A stretch of DNA of 64,000 nucleotides from an uncultured Burkholderiales bacterium (GCA_937864175.1 CALMJH010000056.1:20880-84879), one strand, 5' to 3'. Shown: positions 1 through 10,906, numbered from the stretch's first letter. Program-made: numbers and translations. The notes: a model not told the origin generated them from the letters alone.

Positions 1-494
1 GGGCTATCCCAGTCAATTGCTCCCAGGCCACGCAGGCGAACCTGGTGCCGTCGGTCAAGAACGAGCGTAGTCGGCAAGACCCTGGCCCGCCAGGTTCGAC
101 TGATGCCCTTGGCTTGATCGTCGAGGACCGGAAAGGTCACTCCGATTTCCCAAAAGAACTCCTCTACCCGTGTCTTGCGATCCGCTACGGCCACCGTCAG
201 AACGGTCAGCCCCTGAGCCTCTAGGCGCTTTGAAAGCCGTTGCAGTGAGGGCATTTCTTCTCTGCAAGGCTCGCACCAGGTGGCCCAGAAATTAATAAGG
301 ACAGGACGGCCCTTTAGCCCACGCAGCTGCTCGTGAAGTCGGGTGTCACCCTGCCTGGGTGGAAGAGGTTCTTGAACAGCCTGAAGGGCCGATGCCGTCG
401 CAGTGGACGACACCCAGAGGGCCAGCAACACCGGGAAAACCCACCGAGTGGCGGGCAGCAGGCTGCGGCCGTTCTTGGAGATCTTGGTCATCAT
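1..494 (-). CDS. TlpA-family thiol:disulfide oxidoreductase (3' end runs off the window; absent from the ORF track)
   Basis: Manual translation from ATG at 494: [36 protein letters not shown]...[21 protein letters not shown]...FPVLDD...[10 protein letters not shown]...GAIDWDSP. N-terminal hydrophobic segment, NFWATWCxPCxxEMP thioredoxin-like motif and cis-Pro LPTT motif. Confidence 0.9.
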   Translation of the reverse strand, partial: MMTKISKNGRSLLPATRWVFPVLLALWVSSTATASALQAVQEPLPPRQGDTRLHEQLRGLKGRPVLINFWATWCEPCREEMPSLQRLSKRLEAQGLTVLTVAVADRKTRVEEFFWEIGVTFPVLDDQAKGISRTWRARVLPTTLVLDRRHQVRLRGLGAIDWDS

Positions 495-505
495 TGGAGA
501 AGAAT

Positions 506-583
<78 letters not shown>

Positions 584-645
584 CCGAAGCCTGAGATTAT
601 ACCCAAAGGCAGGCATCGCTGCCGGCTGCCCACCCTCCAAGCGGC

Positions 646-1107
646 CTAGCGACCCTTCAGAAGACCCAAAATCGCCGACAGCTCTGAGCGAACTGCTGGA
701 CTCAGGCCCGACTCTCTTGTCTGCCCTGCTGTCTCTGTGGCCAAGCCCGGGGCTATTAGTCCGGTTGGGGCCAGGCCCATGCGACTTGCGTCAACCTGAA
801 TGGCTTGCACATCTGAGGGGCTCTGATCGACAGAGCTTGCAAGAATGCGGCCACCAGAGAGCTTGGTCTTGGCACCAGAGATGGTGAAGCCCTCTTCGTA
901 GAGCAACTCTCGAATCCGACGAATCAGCAAGACCTCATGGTGCTGATAGTAGCGACGGTTGCCCCGGCGCTTGACGGGGTTGAGCTGATTGAACTCCTGC
1001 TCCCAATACCGAAGCACATGAGGCTTGACCGCGCAGAGGTCGCTGACCTCACCAATGGTGAAGTAGCGCTTTGCTGGGATAGCCGGCAAGGCCTGTTTAG
1101 TCAGCAT
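646..1107 (-). CDS. MerR-family transcriptional regulator (ihfA-associated type)
   Basis: [27 protein letters not shown]...[36 protein letters not shown]; conserved position after ihfA. ATG at 1107 preferred over GTG at 1122. Confidence 0.9.
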   Translation of the reverse strand: MLTKQALPAIPAKRYFTIGEVSDLCAVKPHVLRYWEQEFNQLNPVKRRGNRRYYQHHEVLLIRRIRELLYEEGFTISGAKTKLSGGRILASSVDQSPSDVQAIQVDASRMGLAPTGLIAPGLATETAGQTRESGLSPAVRSELSAILGLLKGR

Positions 1108-1477
1108 CGGTGTAGGCCTCACCCTGGACCTGGGCCTTGAGCTTCTGGCTGGCGTGGAAAGTCACCACTCGCCGAGCCGAAATAGGAATGGGCTCGCCGG
1201 TCTTGGGATTGCGCCCTGGCCGCTGGGGCTTGTCGCGCAGCTGAAAATTGCCAAAGCCAGAGAGCTTGACCGAGTCGCCCTTGACCAAGGCGTCGCGAAT
1301 CTCGTTGAAAAAGGCGTCGACCACATCTTTGGCCTCGCGCTTGTTCAGTCCCACCTGCTCATAGAGAACGTTTGCCAGCTCGGCCTTGGTCAGCGTATCG
1401 CCCTCGGCGGCTGACAGCAGGTCATCCTGCGGGGACAGTTCATCAGCAGTCAGAAGACTGTTATCGACATCGGTCAA
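1097..1477 (-). CDS. ihfA: Integration host factor subunit alpha
   Basis: LTKAELA...[45 protein letters not shown]; follows pheT; TTG start with GGAG SD. Confidence 0.97.
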   Translation of the reverse strand: MTDVDNSLLTADELSPQDDLLSAAEGDTLTKAELANVLYEQVGLNKREAKDVVDAFFNEIRDALVKGDSVKLSGFGNFQLRDKPQRPGRNPKTGEPIPISARRVVTFHASQKLKAQVQGEAYTDAD

Positions 1478-1534
1478 AGTGAATTCTCCAAATCATCCGA
1501 CAAGCACATGACTCGTCTGGACTAATTTTTGAGA

Positions 1535-4033
1535 CTAGCGCCGCACGCGGGCGTTAAAACCTGACTGAACTGTATCAGAAAAACTGGCCATCAAGCCTTC
1601 AACTTCTGAATCTTCTAGTGTTTTTTCAGTATCTTGCAACACAAACCTAAAGGCTAGGCTCTTTTCTCCCTCCGAAAGCCCTGTTCCTCGGTACTCGTCG
1701 AAGACTTGAACGCACTGCAACAGCCCGCCCTGCGGAAGTTGTCCGGCCGCCTTCTGAATGGCCGCGATGATGGCTCCAGATGCAATGCTGCTGGGCATCA
1801 CAAAGGCCAGGTCGCGAGTCACAGCCGGGAATTTTGAGAGCCCGGTGGGCCTGGCAATGGGACGCTCGAGGATGGCTGCGAGGTCGATCTCAAAGACCAC
1901 CGGGGCCCGGGCCAGCTCGAGTGACTGGCAGAGCCTTGGATGCAGTTCGCCAATCGCCCCGATGACGGTCGTATCCAAGAGCACGCGAGCACTCCGACCG
2001 GGGTGAAGCTGCCCAAGCAGGGCGCTGTAGCCGGCCTGCCCTGCGCTGCCTGCGGCCTGCTGGCCTGTCTCCACCCGCTCAAAGCCAAGCGTCAATGGGC
2101 TGGCCAGACGCTCAAGGTCTGCCTTCACATCAAAGAAGTCGACCCAACGGCTTGGCTGCCCCCACTGCTCGCCCGCTGCGTCCCCGTAGGCCAGTGCAGC
2201 GATCTGCAGAGGCTGATCGATGCCAAGAACCTGCCAGTCACCTGCCTTCACGGCCGGGTTGCGCAGAAACTTGCGGCCAAGCTCAAAGACCCTGACCCTG
2301 GGCTCTTTTCGGGCCAGGTTGTCGGTGAGCACCTTGAGCAGGCCGGGAATGAGACTGGGCCGCATGGTGGACATCTGCACGGCGAGTGGATTTTGGAGAG
2401 TCAGCAGACTGGCCTCGTCTCCAAAACGAACCGCAGACTCACGATCGATAAAGCTGTAGGTGACGACCTCGTGGTAGTCCGAGCCCATGAGACGGTGTCG
2501 CATGTGGGACTTGGTTCTGAGGTTCTCGGGCTGCCGAGCCATGACCAAGGGGGCTTTGGGAGGACGGTGTTCAATGGTATCGAAGCCAACGATTCGGGCG
2601 ACCTCCTCGATAAGGTCCTCCTCGATGGCGATGTCAAAGCGGTAGCTCGGCGCACGAACAGTGAAGTCGAGCTTGCTGGCATCGGACGAACTGGGAGAGG
2701 TCTTCACCTCAAACCCCAGCCCCTGAAAGACCGCGAGGATCTGCTCGGCGCTGTAGGAGCGACCCAGAATCTTCTCGCAACGGGCCTGGCGCATGGTAAC
2801 GGTGGCCGGCTGAGGCAGTCCAACGGTCTGGTCTGAGACAGGTCCGGGCTGGCCCCCGCAGATCTCCACCACCAGGTGGGTTAGAACGGCTAACTGGTCG
2901 GCTGTGGCCTGGGGGTCCACGCCCCTCTCAAAACGGTGGCCCGCATCGGTGGAGAACTTGTAGCGATTGGCCCGGCCACGAATGGCATCGGGCCACCAGA
3001 AGGCGGCCTCCAAGACAACTTCAGTGGTCTGGTCCGAGACTGCGCACGCCTGTCCGCCCATGATGCCCGCCAGAGACACCGGCCCCGTTGCATCGGCCAC
3101 CACTCCCACGTCCGTTGTGAGCGTGACCGTCTGGCCATTGAGAAGCTCCAGGGACTCGCCCGACTCTGCCCAACGCACCACGAGCCCACCCGACAGGCGT
3201 TGCCGATCGAAGATGTGGTTGGGCTGGCCAAGCTCGAGCATGATGTAGTTGGAGATGTCCACCAGCGCTGAGATGCTGCGCTGACCAGCCTGCTCAAGCC
3301 GCGCCTTCATCCAGGCGGGTGTCTGGGCTTTTGGATTGACGCCTTTGACCACACGGCTCACGAATCGTCCACAGAGGTCTTGGGCTGCCGCATCGACGGT
3401 GACACCAATGGACTCAGAAGACTGTGCCTGCGCCTTTAAGGGCTGCCGAACATAGCCGGGCTGTTGGATGGGCTGGCCAAGCAGTGCAGAGAGTTCTCGG
3501 GCCACACCTGCTACCGACAGACAGTCGGCCCGATTGGGCGTGAGTTTGATGACCAGGGTCTTTTCATCCAGGCCCAGGTGATCGCGAATGTTGGTCCCCA
3601 GGGCAGACTGGCCAAGGTCGAGCTCCAAGATGCCCTCGGAGTCTTCGGTCATGCCCAGTTCTTTGCCTGAACAGAGCATGCCTTGGCTTACGACCCCGCG
3701 CATTTTGGCCTGCTTGATCTTAAAGTTGCCCGGCAGCACAGCGCCATCACGGGCGCAGGCCACGTAAATCCCAGCACGGGCATTGGGTGCCCCACAGATG
3801 ATCTGCAGACTGGGCGCATCGGGTCCAGCATCCACGGTGCAGACGCGCAGACGGTCTGCGTCGGGGTGTTTCTCGGCGGCCAGCACCTTGGCCAGCACCA
3901 CCCCGGTGAAGTCGGGAGCCTTGGCCTCAATATCCTCGACCTCGAGACCCGCCATGGTTAACCGGTCGGCAATCTCTTCAATCCGGAGGTCGGTGGGAAC
4001 CCAGGCGCGCAGCCAGCTTTCAGGAATTCGCAT
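1535..4033 (-). CDS. pheT: Phenylalanine-tRNA ligase beta subunit
   Basis: MRIPESWLR, KHPDADRL, IICGAPN, LTPNRADCLS, FERGVD, PSYRFDIAIEEDLIEEVARI, SKFPAVTRDLA; 832 aa. Confidence 0.98.
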   Translation of the reverse strand: MRIPESWLRAWVPTDLRIEEIADRLTMAGLEVEDIEAKAPDFTGVVLAKVLAAEKHPDADRLRVCTVDAGPDAPSLQIICGAPNARAGIYVACARDGAVLPGNFKIKQAKMRGVVSQGMLCSGKELGMTEDSEGILELDLGQSALGTNIRDHLGLDEKTLVIKLTPNRADCLSVAGVARELSALLGQPIQQPGYVRQPLKAQAQSSESIGVTVDAAAQDLCGRFVSRVVKGVNPKAQTPAWMKARLEQAGQRSISALVDISNYIMLELGQPNHIFDRQRLSGGLVVRWAESGESLELLNGQTVTLTTDVGVVADATGPVSLAGIMGGQACAVSDQTTEVVLEAAFWWPDAIRGRANRYKFSTDAGHRFERGVDPQATADQLAVLTHLVVEICGGQPGPVSDQTVGLPQPATVTMRQARCEKILGRSYSAEQILAVFQGLGFEVKTSPSSSDASKLDFTVRAPSYRFDIAIEEDLIEEVARIVGFDTIEHRPPKAPLVMARQPENLRTKSHMRHRLMGSDYHEVVTYSFIDRESAVRFGDEASLLTLQNPLAVQMSTMRPSLIPGLLKVLTDNLARKEPRVRVFELGRKFLRNPAVKAGDWQVLGIDQPLQIAALAYGDAAGEQWGQPSRWVDFFDVKADLERLASPLTLGFERVETGQQAAGSAGQAGYSALLGQLHPGRSARVLLDTTVIGAIGELHPRLCQSLELARAPVVFEIDLAAILERPIARPTGLSKFPAVTRDLAFVMPSSIASGAIIAAIQKAAGQLPQGGLLQCVQVFDEYRGTGLSEGEKSLAFRFVLQDTEKTLEDSEVEGLMASFSDTVQSGFNARVRR

Positions 4034-4041
4034 GGGCGGGC

Positions 4042-5058
4042 CTAGGCAAACTGCCGTAAAAAGCGCAGGTCATTGTCAAAAAAGAGCCGCAGATCGCCAA
4101 TGCCATAGCGCAGCATGGTCAGGCGCTCCAGGCCACTGCCAAAGGCAAAGCCCACATAGCGCTCCGGGTCTAGACCGAAGTTGCGCACGACGTCGGGATG
4201 AACCTGTCCGGCACCCGAGATCTCTAGCCAGCGGCCTTTGAGCGGACCCGTTGCAAATCGCATGTCGACTTCGGCGGATGGCTCGGTAAAGGGAAAGAAC
4301 GACGGTCGAAAACGAACATCGAGGTGGTCGTCTTCAAAAAACTGTCGAAGGAAGTCGTGGTAGACCCCTTTGAGGTCGGCAAAGCTGACGTCCTCGGCAA
4401 TCCAGAGCCCCTCGACCTGATGGAACATGGGGGAGTGGGTGGCGTCGCTGTCAACGCGGTAGGTGCGACCCGGTGCAATGACCTTGATGGGTGGCTGGTG
4501 CGTCTTGGCATAACGAACCTGCATGGGGCTGGTGTGGGTGCGCAGGAGCAGCGGCAGCCCCGTCTCGTCTCGGTCTTCGAGATAGAAGGTGTCCTGCATG
4601 GAGCGCGCCGGATGGTTCAGGGGGTTGTTCAGTGCGGTGAAGTTGGTCCAGTCGGTCTCGATCTCGGGGCCATCGGCCACATCAAAACCAATGGAGCCAA
4701 AGATCTGCTCAATGCGCTGCCAAGACTGCATCACCGGATGGAGGCTGCCCAGGCCGTGGCCACGTCCGGGCAGCGTAATGTCAATGGCCTCGGCCGAGAG
4801 TCGGCTAATGAGTTCTGCGTCGGCCAGCGCCTGACGACGGGCCAACAAGAGCGACTCGATGGCCTGCTTGGCCTGGTTGACTGCGGCCCCAAGCGTCTTT
4901 TTTTCTTCGGGCGGCAGCGCAGCCAAGCCCTTGAGCTGCTCGGTGAGCAGACCAGACTTGCCCAGAAACTGGGCCTTGGCGTTTTCGAGACTGGGGGCGT
5001 CAGAGGCCGCCTCGAAGGCCTTTTGGGCCTGCGAGACGATCTGATCGAGTGCTGACAT
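4042..5058 (-). CDS. pheS: Phenylalanine-tRNA ligase alpha subunit
   Basis: [61 protein letters not shown]. Confidence 0.98.
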   Translation of the reverse strand: MSALDQIVSQAQKAFEAASDAPSLENAKAQFLGKSGLLTEQLKGLAALPPEEKKTLGAAVNQAKQAIESLLLARRQALADAELISRLSAEAIDITLPGRGHGLGSLHPVMQSWQRIEQIFGSIGFDVADGPEIETDWTNFTALNNPLNHPARSMQDTFYLEDRDETGLPLLLRTHTSPMQVRYAKTHQPPIKVIAPGRTYRVDSDATHSPMFHQVEGLWIAEDVSFADLKGVYHDFLRQFFEDDHLDVRFRPSFFPFTEPSAEVDMRFATGPLKGRWLEISGAGQVHPDVVRNFGLDPERYVGFAFGSGLERLTMLRYGIGDLRLFFDNDLRFLRQFA

Positions 5059-5074
5059 GTGGCTGGTGCCTGAT

Positions 5075-5434
5075 TTAGGCAGCCAGCGCGGCCTTCACTT
5101 TGGACACCACGGCAGCAAACGCCACCTTGTCCATCACGGCCATGTCGGCCAGTACTTTGCGGTCCATGTCGATGCCTGCCTTCTTCAGACCGTTGATAAA
5201 ACGGCTGTAGGTGAGGTCATTCATGCGGCAGGCTGCATTAATTCGCGTGATCCACAGAGCACGGAAGACACGCTTGCGGTTACGACGGTCGCGATAGGCA
5301 TACTGGCCGGCACGCATGACGGCCTGCTTGGCGACACGGAAGACATTGTTGCGACGGCCACGGAATCCTTTGGCCAGGGCCAGGATTTTCTTGTGACGGG
5401 CACGAGCGGTAACACCACGTTTTACGCGAGGCAT
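5075..5434 (-). CDS. rplT: 50S ribosomal protein L20
   Basis: [18 protein letters not shown]...[23 protein letters not shown]. Confidence 0.99.
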   Translation of the reverse strand: MPRVKRGVTARARHKKILALAKGFRGRRNNVFRVAKQAVMRAGQYAYRDRRNRKRVFRALWITRINAACRMNDLTYSRFINGLKKAGIDMDRKVLADMAVMDKVAFAAVVSKVKAALAA

Positions 5435-5446
5435 GGTTCAGTCTCC

Positions 5447-5644
5447 TTATGCGTAAGGCATCATGTCGCGAACATGTTTGACGTCCGATGGATGGACAGT
5501 CAGCGTGCCGCGGAGTTGACGCTTGTTTTTGGTGGTGCGCTTGGTCAGGATGTGACGCTTGGTGGCATGGGCTCTTTTGATCGAACCACTGCCTCGCGCC
5601 ATGAACCGCTTTGCGGCGGCTTTCTTGGTCTTCATTTTGGGCAT
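5447..5644 (-). CDS. rpmI: 50S ribosomal protein L35
   Basis: [14 protein letters not shown]...[18 protein letters not shown]; 65 aa from ATG at 5644 with AAGGAG SD. Confidence 0.98.
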   Translation of the reverse strand: MPKMKTKKAAAKRFMARGSGSIKRAHATKRHILTKRTTKNKRQLRGTLTVHPSDVKHVRDMMPYA

Positions 5645-5739
5645 TTTCTGCTCCTTCATTTGCCATCAGCCGGTGGAGAGCACCCTGCCCTCACTTGTTA
5701 AAACCGACAGCTAGCTTGTTGACAACCACTACTGCACTG

Positions 5740-6261
5740 CTACTTCTTTTTCTTGGGGGCGACCACCATCACCATCTGTCGGCCCTCAAGCTTGGGCATC
5801 TGTTCAACCTGCCCCAGCTCGTCTAAATCTGTTTTTACCCGCTCCAGCATTCGCATGCCGAACTCCTGGTGCGCCATCTCCCGGCCTCGGAACCGAATGG
5901 TGACCTTGGCCTTGTCCCCTTCTTCGAGGAATCGCACCAGGTTGCGCATCTTGACCTGGTAGTCGTTTTCATCGGTTCCGGGGCGGAACTTCACTTCTTT
6001 GACCTGAATAATCTTCTGCTTGGAGCGGGCCTCTGCAGCCCGTTTCTGCTCCTGGTAACGAAACTTGCCGTAGTCCATCAGCCTGCAGACTACCGGCGAG
6101 GCCTGTGGTGCAATTTCAACCAGGTCGACGTCTGCCTCTTCTGCCATTCGCAGGGCCTCGACCGTGCGAACAATTCCCAAAGCCTCGTTCTCTATTCCGA
6201 CCAGCCGCACTTCTGATGCGTTGATCTCACCGTTGATACGGTGCGTTTTCTCCGTAGCGAT
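5740..6261 (-). CDS. infC: Translation initiation factor IF-3, non-AUG (ATC, possibly ATA at 6264) start
   Basis: Frame stays open upstream of the track GTG: ATC GCT ACG GAG AAA ACG CAC CGT ATC AAC GGT GAG ATC; AAGAGG SD 7 nt before ATC; [24 protein letters not shown] motifs. Confidence 0.95.
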   Translation of the reverse strand: MATEKTHRINGEINASEVRLVGIENEALGIVRTVEALRMAEEADVDLVEIAPQASPVVCRLMDYGKFRYQEQKRAAEARSKQKIIQVKEVKFRPGTDENDYQVKMRNLVRFLEEGDKAKVTIRFRGREMAHQEFGMRMLERVKTDLDELGQVEQMPKLEGRQMVMVVAPKKKK

Positions 6262-6309
6262 TATTTAGCCTCTTTTCTCAATCCAAAAAATGAATAGACG
6301 CCCTGCGCG

Positions 6310-8217
6310 CTACTGCTTGGCTTCAACCACCTGGCCAAGGTGCGCAACGAAGGCGTCTACCGACATGACACCGAGGTCCTGGCCTCCGTAGGCCCGAACC
6401 GCCACCTGATGGGCTGCCTTCTCTTTGTCACCAACGACCAGAATGAAAGGAAGCTTCTGCAGGCTTAACTCGCGGATTTTGAAGGAAATCTTGTCATTTC
6501 GCAAATCGGCTTCCGCCCTGAAACCATGGCGTTGCAACATTTTCGCAACAGATTGGGCGTAATCGGCCTGGGCCTCGGTGATGCAGGCCACCGCCACCTG
6601 GACCGGCGCAAGCCAGGCGGGCATGGCGCCAGCGTGGTTCTCGATAAGAATTCCAATGAACCGCTCCAGCGAGCCAACGATGGCCCTGTGCAGCATGACC
6701 GGATGCCGTCGGCTGTTGTCATCGGCGACGTACTCAGCCCCCAGACGCACGGGCATGTTGAAATCGACCTGGATGGTGCCGCACTGCCAGACGCGTCCCA
6801 GGGAGTCCTTCAGGCTGTATTCAATCTTGGGGCCGTAGAAGGCCCCCTCGCCCGGCAGCAACTCCCAGCTCACGCCGGTGCGGTCCAGGGCATCAGACAG
6901 GGCCTTTTCGGCCTTGTCCCAGCTCTCGTCTGACCCAACCCGGTTCTCGGGACGGGTTGAAAGCCGGTAGATGACATTGTCGAAGCCGAAATCTTTGTAG
7001 ACCTCGAGCAGCTTTTGGGTGAATGCGAAGACCTCTTCTTGGATCTGGTCTTCGGTACAAAAAATGTGGCCGTCGTCCTGGGTAAAGCCGCGAACCCGCA
7101 GCAGGCCATGGAGGCTGCCCGAGGACTCGTTGCGGTGGCAGGAGCCAAACTCACCGTAGCGAAGTGGCAGATCGCGGTAACTGCGCAGGCCGGTGTTAAA
7201 GACCTGGACATGGCCTGGGCAGTTCATGGGCTTGACGGCGTACTCGCGGTTCTCGCTGGCCGTCGTGAACATGTTGTCTTTGTAGTGCTGCCAGTGGCCG
7301 GACTTCTCCCACAGGCTGCGATCCAGAATCTGCGGGCACTTAATCTCCAGATAGCCCGATTCCACATAGACGCGACGCAGATACTGCTCAACCTGCTGCC
7401 AGATGGCCCAGCCCTTGGGATGCCAGAAGACCAGACCCGGGGCATTGTCTTGCACGTGAAAGAGGTCGAGGGCCTTTCCAAGCTTTCGATGGTCGCGCTT
7501 TTCAGCCTCTTCTAGCTGGTGCAGGTACTGCTCCAGGTCTTCCTTTTTTGACCAGGCCGTCCCGTAGACCCGCTGCAGCATCTCGTTGCGGTGGTCACCG
7601 CGCCAATAGGCACCGGCCACCTTCATCAGCTTGAAGACCTTGAGCTTGCCCGTTGAAGGCACGTGGGGCCCACGGCAGAGGTCGACAAAGTCGCCCTCTC
7701 GGTAAAGCGAGATCTGCTCGCCGGCGGGGATCGACTCAATAATCTCGGCCTTGTACTTCTCGCCCATGCCCAGGAACATCTGAATGGCGGCATCTCGGTC
7801 CATGACCTCACGGACCACGGGTTCGTCTCTAGCGGCGAGCTCCCGCATCTTGGCCTCGATGGCCTCGAGATCCTCGGGGGTCAGGGCCCGGTCGTAGGCG
7901 AAGTCGTAGTAAAAGCCGTTGTCGATGACCGGCCCAATGGTGACCTGAAGCCCAGGAAAGAGCTTCTGAGCCGCGTAGGCCATGAGGTGGGCGGTGGAGT
8001 GCCGAATAATCTCCAGGCCGTCGGCATCCTTGTCTGTGACGATTGCCAGGTCGGTGTCGGACTCGATGCGAAAGCTGGTGTCGACCAGCCGCCCGCCAAC
8101 CCGACCAGCGATCGCCGCCTTGGCTAGACCGGCCCCAATGCTTGCGGCCACCTGAGCCACGGTCACGGGCTGTTCGAAGGCCCTTTTGGACTGGTCTGGA
8201 AGAGTGATCTGGATCAT
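6310..8217 (-). CDS. thrS: Threonine-tRNA ligase
   Basis: [63 protein letters not shown]. Confidence 0.99.
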   Translation of the reverse strand: MIQITLPDQSKRAFEQPVTVAQVAASIGAGLAKAAIAGRVGGRLVDTSFRIESDTDLAIVTDKDADGLEIIRHSTAHLMAYAAQKLFPGLQVTIGPVIDNGFYYDFAYDRALTPEDLEAIEAKMRELAARDEPVVREVMDRDAAIQMFLGMGEKYKAEIIESIPAGEQISLYREGDFVDLCRGPHVPSTGKLKVFKLMKVAGAYWRGDHRNEMLQRVYGTAWSKKEDLEQYLHQLEEAEKRDHRKLGKALDLFHVQDNAPGLVFWHPKGWAIWQQVEQYLRRVYVESGYLEIKCPQILDRSLWEKSGHWQHYKDNMFTTASENREYAVKPMNCPGHVQVFNTGLRSYRDLPLRYGEFGSCHRNESSGSLHGLLRVRGFTQDDGHIFCTEDQIQEEVFAFTQKLLEVYKDFGFDNVIYRLSTRPENRVGSDESWDKAEKALSDALDRTGVSWELLPGEGAFYGPKIEYSLKDSLGRVWQCGTIQVDFNMPVRLGAEYVADDNSRRHPVMLHRAIVGSLERFIGILIENHAGAMPAWLAPVQVAVACITEAQADYAQSVAKMLQRHGFRAEADLRNDKISFKIRELSLQKLPFILVVGDKEKAAHQVAVRAYGGQDLGVMSVDAFVAHLGQVVEAKQ

Positions 8218-8230
8218 GGAATTTGGGTGT

Positions 8231-8307
8231 TGGTAGGCGCGATTGGACTCGAACCAACGACCCCCACCATGTCAAGGTGGTGCTCTAACCAGCTGAGCTA
8301 CGCGCCT
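8231..8307 (-). tRNA. tRNA-Val (GAC)
   Basis: Reverse complement AGGCGCGTAGCTCAGCTGGTTAGAGCACCACCTTGACATGGTGGGGGTCGTTGGTTCGAGTCCAATCGCGCCTACCA. Confidence 0.97.
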
Positions 8308-8346
8308 GCCGCCACGAACCGTCTGTCCGTGGTTTCGAAGGTTCGC

Positions 8347-8375
8347 AGTGTACCGGCTTGAGGCGGGATTGGCAA
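8347..8375 (-). promoter_or_regulatory. sigma70 promoter for tRNA-Val-thrS operon
   Basis: TTGCCA-17 nt-TACACT on the minus strand about 40 nt upstream of the tRNA. Confidence 0.75.
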
Positions 8376-8376
8376 A

Positions 8377-8420
8377 GCGTCACACAAATTTCACCGAATC
8401 GAAACGTTTTCGTCATGTCT
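8377..8420 (+). promoter_or_regulatory. Candidate Pho box array (PhoB sites) upstream of the OlsB-like gene
   Basis: Pentamers in exact 11-bp register: GTCAC (8379), TTCAC (8390), GAAAC (8401), GTCAT (8412). Confidence 0.55.
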
Positions 8421-8465
8421 TCCCAGCAGACTCCTCGCAACAGATCGAAACGAAGGAGCAACGAC

Positions 8466-9269
8466 ATGAATGCACCGCTTAACCCGAGGCTTCTCAGTCA
8501 GCACCATTACTTCTCCCGTAACGATCGGCCTCACCTGGCGGCCGTCGAAAAACCTGTTGAGCACTACTCAGTTAGCCTGGCCAGCGACCTTGACGAACTC
8601 CGTGAAGCCCAACGGCTTCGCTTCCAGGTCTTCTCCGATGAGTACCAGGCCCACATCCAGACCCGCATCCCCGGCGTCGACGAGGACCTCTACGACAATT
8701 TCTGCGATCACTTGTTGGTTCGCGACCTCAACACAGGCGACGTGGTCGGCACCTACCGCATCCTTCCGCCCGAGCAGGCCAAGCGATTGGGCTCTTACTA
8801 CAGCGAGTCCGAATTCTTCATTAACCGGCTTGCAGCCCTTCGTCCACAGATGGTGGAGCTTGGTCGGTCCTGCGTCCATCCCGACCACCGCAATGGCGGC
8901 GTGATTATGCTGCTCTGGTCAGGCATTGCTCAGTACATGAGGCACTACCGCTACGAGCATCTCATCGGCTGCGCCAGCGTCTCTATGCGCGATGGTGGCC
9001 GGAATGCGGCAGCCATCTGGGACAGCCTGTCGACCAAGGCCATGGCCCCCACCGAATTCCAGGGCTTTCCCAAGCACGCCCTGCCCTTGGAGCGTATCGA
9101 GCGAGAGACCAACGTCCAGGAGCCACCGCTCATCAAGGGCTATGTCCGCGTTGGTGCAAAAGTCTGCAGCGCCCCCAGCTGGGACCCAGACTTCAACACG
9201 GCTGATTTCCTCATGTTGTTGACCCTTAGCCAGATGAACCCGCGTTACGCGCGCCACTTTGGACTCTAG
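8466..9269 (+). CDS. GNAT-fold N-acyltransferase, OlsB-like (ornithine lipid synthesis / Acetyltransf_5 type)
   Basis: EAQRLRFQVF, DEDLYDNFCDHLLVRD, VVGTYRIL, VELGRSCVHPDHR, IMLLWSGI, PPLIKGYVRVGAKV, WDPDFNTAD; AAGGAG SD before ATG 8466. Confidence 0.8.
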   Translation: MNAPLNPRLLSQHHYFSRNDRPHLAAVEKPVEHYSVSLASDLDELREAQRLRFQVFSDEYQAHIQTRIPGVDEDLYDNFCDHLLVRDLNTGDVVGTYRILPPEQAKRLGSYYSESEFFINRLAALRPQMVELGRSCVHPDHRNGGVIMLLWSGIAQYMRHYRYEHLIGCASVSMRDGGRNAAAIWDSLSTKAMAPTEFQGFPKHALPLERIERETNVQEPPLIKGYVRVGAKVCSAPSWDPDFNTADFLMLLTLSQMNPRYARHFGL

Positions 9270-9341
9270 ACCATGCGACTGCTGCTCACCAGAATCAAGA
9301 CCCTGATGGCCACCCGTAAACGCCGGCAGACCGCCAAGGAC

Positions 9342-10871
9342 TTAGCGGCCGGACTGGACGACCTGGAGGTCAAACCCTACTTTGCTCCATTCTGAGCACT
9401 CCTGCTCCAGGGTGTAAGCAGTCAGTGGGTGGCGCTCGAGCCACTTGCCATCAAACGAAAGCCTGAACTTTTTGCCCTTGGCCTGAAAATGAAGGCTGGG
9501 AAGTCGGGTCTGGGCCCGGCTTCTGTAGAAGATGCTGGCGAGCCGAATACAGGCCAGTGCGGCCCAGTGGTCGTCTGATGACATCAGGGCGGCAAGTTTT
9601 CCCAACTTGCCCACGTGACCCAGCACCAGATTGCTCATTAGACGCTGCTCCCGCCGCGAAAAACCCGGCATGTCAGCCTGCGACACAATGTAGGCCGAGT
9701 GCTTGTGGTGGCTGTTGTGAGAGATAGAGAACCCAATTTCTAGCAAGCAAGCGACCCAACGCAGCAACTGAGCCGTCTCGGTCCGCTCCTCGGCGCTGCC
9801 CAGTGCGGCCTCTTCCCAGAGCGAAATCGCTAAGTCGCCGACTTGCTTGGCCTGGATGCGGTCCACAGCATAGCGGGCCATAAATTGTTCGACGGTGGTG
9901 AAACGCATGTCGTCCTGGCGCTGACGGCCCAAGACATCGTAGAGCACGCCGAGTCGCAGGGCCCCATCGGAATACTGCATCTCATCGATGCCCAACTCCT
10001 CAAAAATGGCCGTCATGATGGCCAAGCCACCAGGGAAAACAGGGATCCGATCGGGCTTTAGGCCCGGTAATTCCATGGGGTCTACGACTCCACGCCTAAT
10101 CAGGCTGTTTTTGAGGGTCTCGAGTCCATCCGGGGTGATCGAATGGTGGGGGGCAAGGCCCATCAAGTCCAAGACCTCCACCAAGGCTTTGGCCGAGCCA
10201 CTCGCTCCAACCGCCTGGTCCCATCCGGTGGCCTTGAAATTTGCGCTGATGACCTGAATCTCTCGTCGGGCCTCCAAAATAGCCTGCTTAAAGCCCGATC
10301 GAGTAATGTCCCCCCCGGGGAAGTAGTCCCTGCTAAATCGAATGCAGCCAATAAAGACGCTCTCCAGCAGCTCTGGCGTGTAGTCTGTCCCAATGATGAA
10401 TTCGGTAGAACCGCCTCCAATGTCCACCACCAGTCGCTTGGTGCCATCGGCGGCCAGGGTATGGGCCACGCCGTTGTAGATGAGTCGGGCCTCCTCCTTG
10501 CCGGCAATGACCTCGATGGGGAACCCCAGGGCGGCCTCACAAGTCCGAAGCAAGTCGGCCCCGTTTTTAGCCACCCGGAAGGTATTGGTGGCTACGACTC
10601 GAACTTTCTGAGGATGAAATGCCCGCAGCCGCTCCCCAAACCGCGACAAGGCGGCCACGGCCCTGGCCTGCGAAGTTGCGTCCAGCCGCTTGTCGGGCGA
10701 GAGTCCCGAGGCCAGGCGAACCGCCTCTTTCAGGCTGTCAATGGGAACAATATTGGCCCCATGAGGGGTCTGGTCGACCCGCCCCACCAGCAGGTGGAAG
10801 GAATTGGACCCTAAATCAACGGCGGCCACGAGTTCTGGGCCATCGGGCAGAGCCGTTAATTGCTTTGTCAT
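9342..10871 (-). CDS. ppx: Exopolyphosphatase Ppx/GppA
   Basis: AAVDLGSNSFHL, VATNTFRVAKN, IAGKEEARLIY, VVDIGGGSTEFI, GALRLGVL, HNSHHKHSAYI. Confidence 0.96.
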   Translation of the reverse strand: MTKQLTALPDGPELVAAVDLGSNSFHLLVGRVDQTPHGANIVPIDSLKEAVRLASGLSPDKRLDATSQARAVAALSRFGERLRAFHPQKVRVVATNTFRVAKNGADLLRTCEAALGFPIEVIAGKEEARLIYNGVAHTLAADGTKRLVVDIGGGSTEFIIGTDYTPELLESVFIGCIRFSRDYFPGGDITRSGFKQAILEARREIQVISANFKATGWDQAVGASGSAKALVEVLDLMGLAPHHSITPDGLETLKNSLIRRGVVDPMELPGLKPDRIPVFPGGLAIMTAIFEELGIDEMQYSDGALRLGVLYDVLGRQRQDDMRFTTVEQFMARYAVDRIQAKQVGDLAISLWEEAALGSAEERTETAQLLRWVACLLEIGFSISHNSHHKHSAYIVSQADMPGFSRREQRLMSNLVLGHVGKLGKLAALMSSDDHWAALACIRLASIFYRSRAQTRLPSLHFQAKGKKFRLSFDGKWLERHPLTAYTLEQECSEWSKVGFDLQVVQSGR

Positions 10872-10906
10872 AAATGCAGATTATAGGGGTGGCTAAAATC
10901 CTGAAG
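10872..10906. promoter_or_regulatory. Bidirectional, probably leaderless promoter between ppx and ppk1
   Basis: Minus-strand TATAAT (10880-10885) 8 nt before the ppx ATG; plus-strand TAAAAT (10894-10899) 7 nt before ATG 10907; no SD on either side. Confidence 0.6.

Noticed and set aside
1390-1477. Acidic N-terminal extension of IhfA
   Set aside because: Variable N-terminal extensions are usual for Burkholderiales IhfA.
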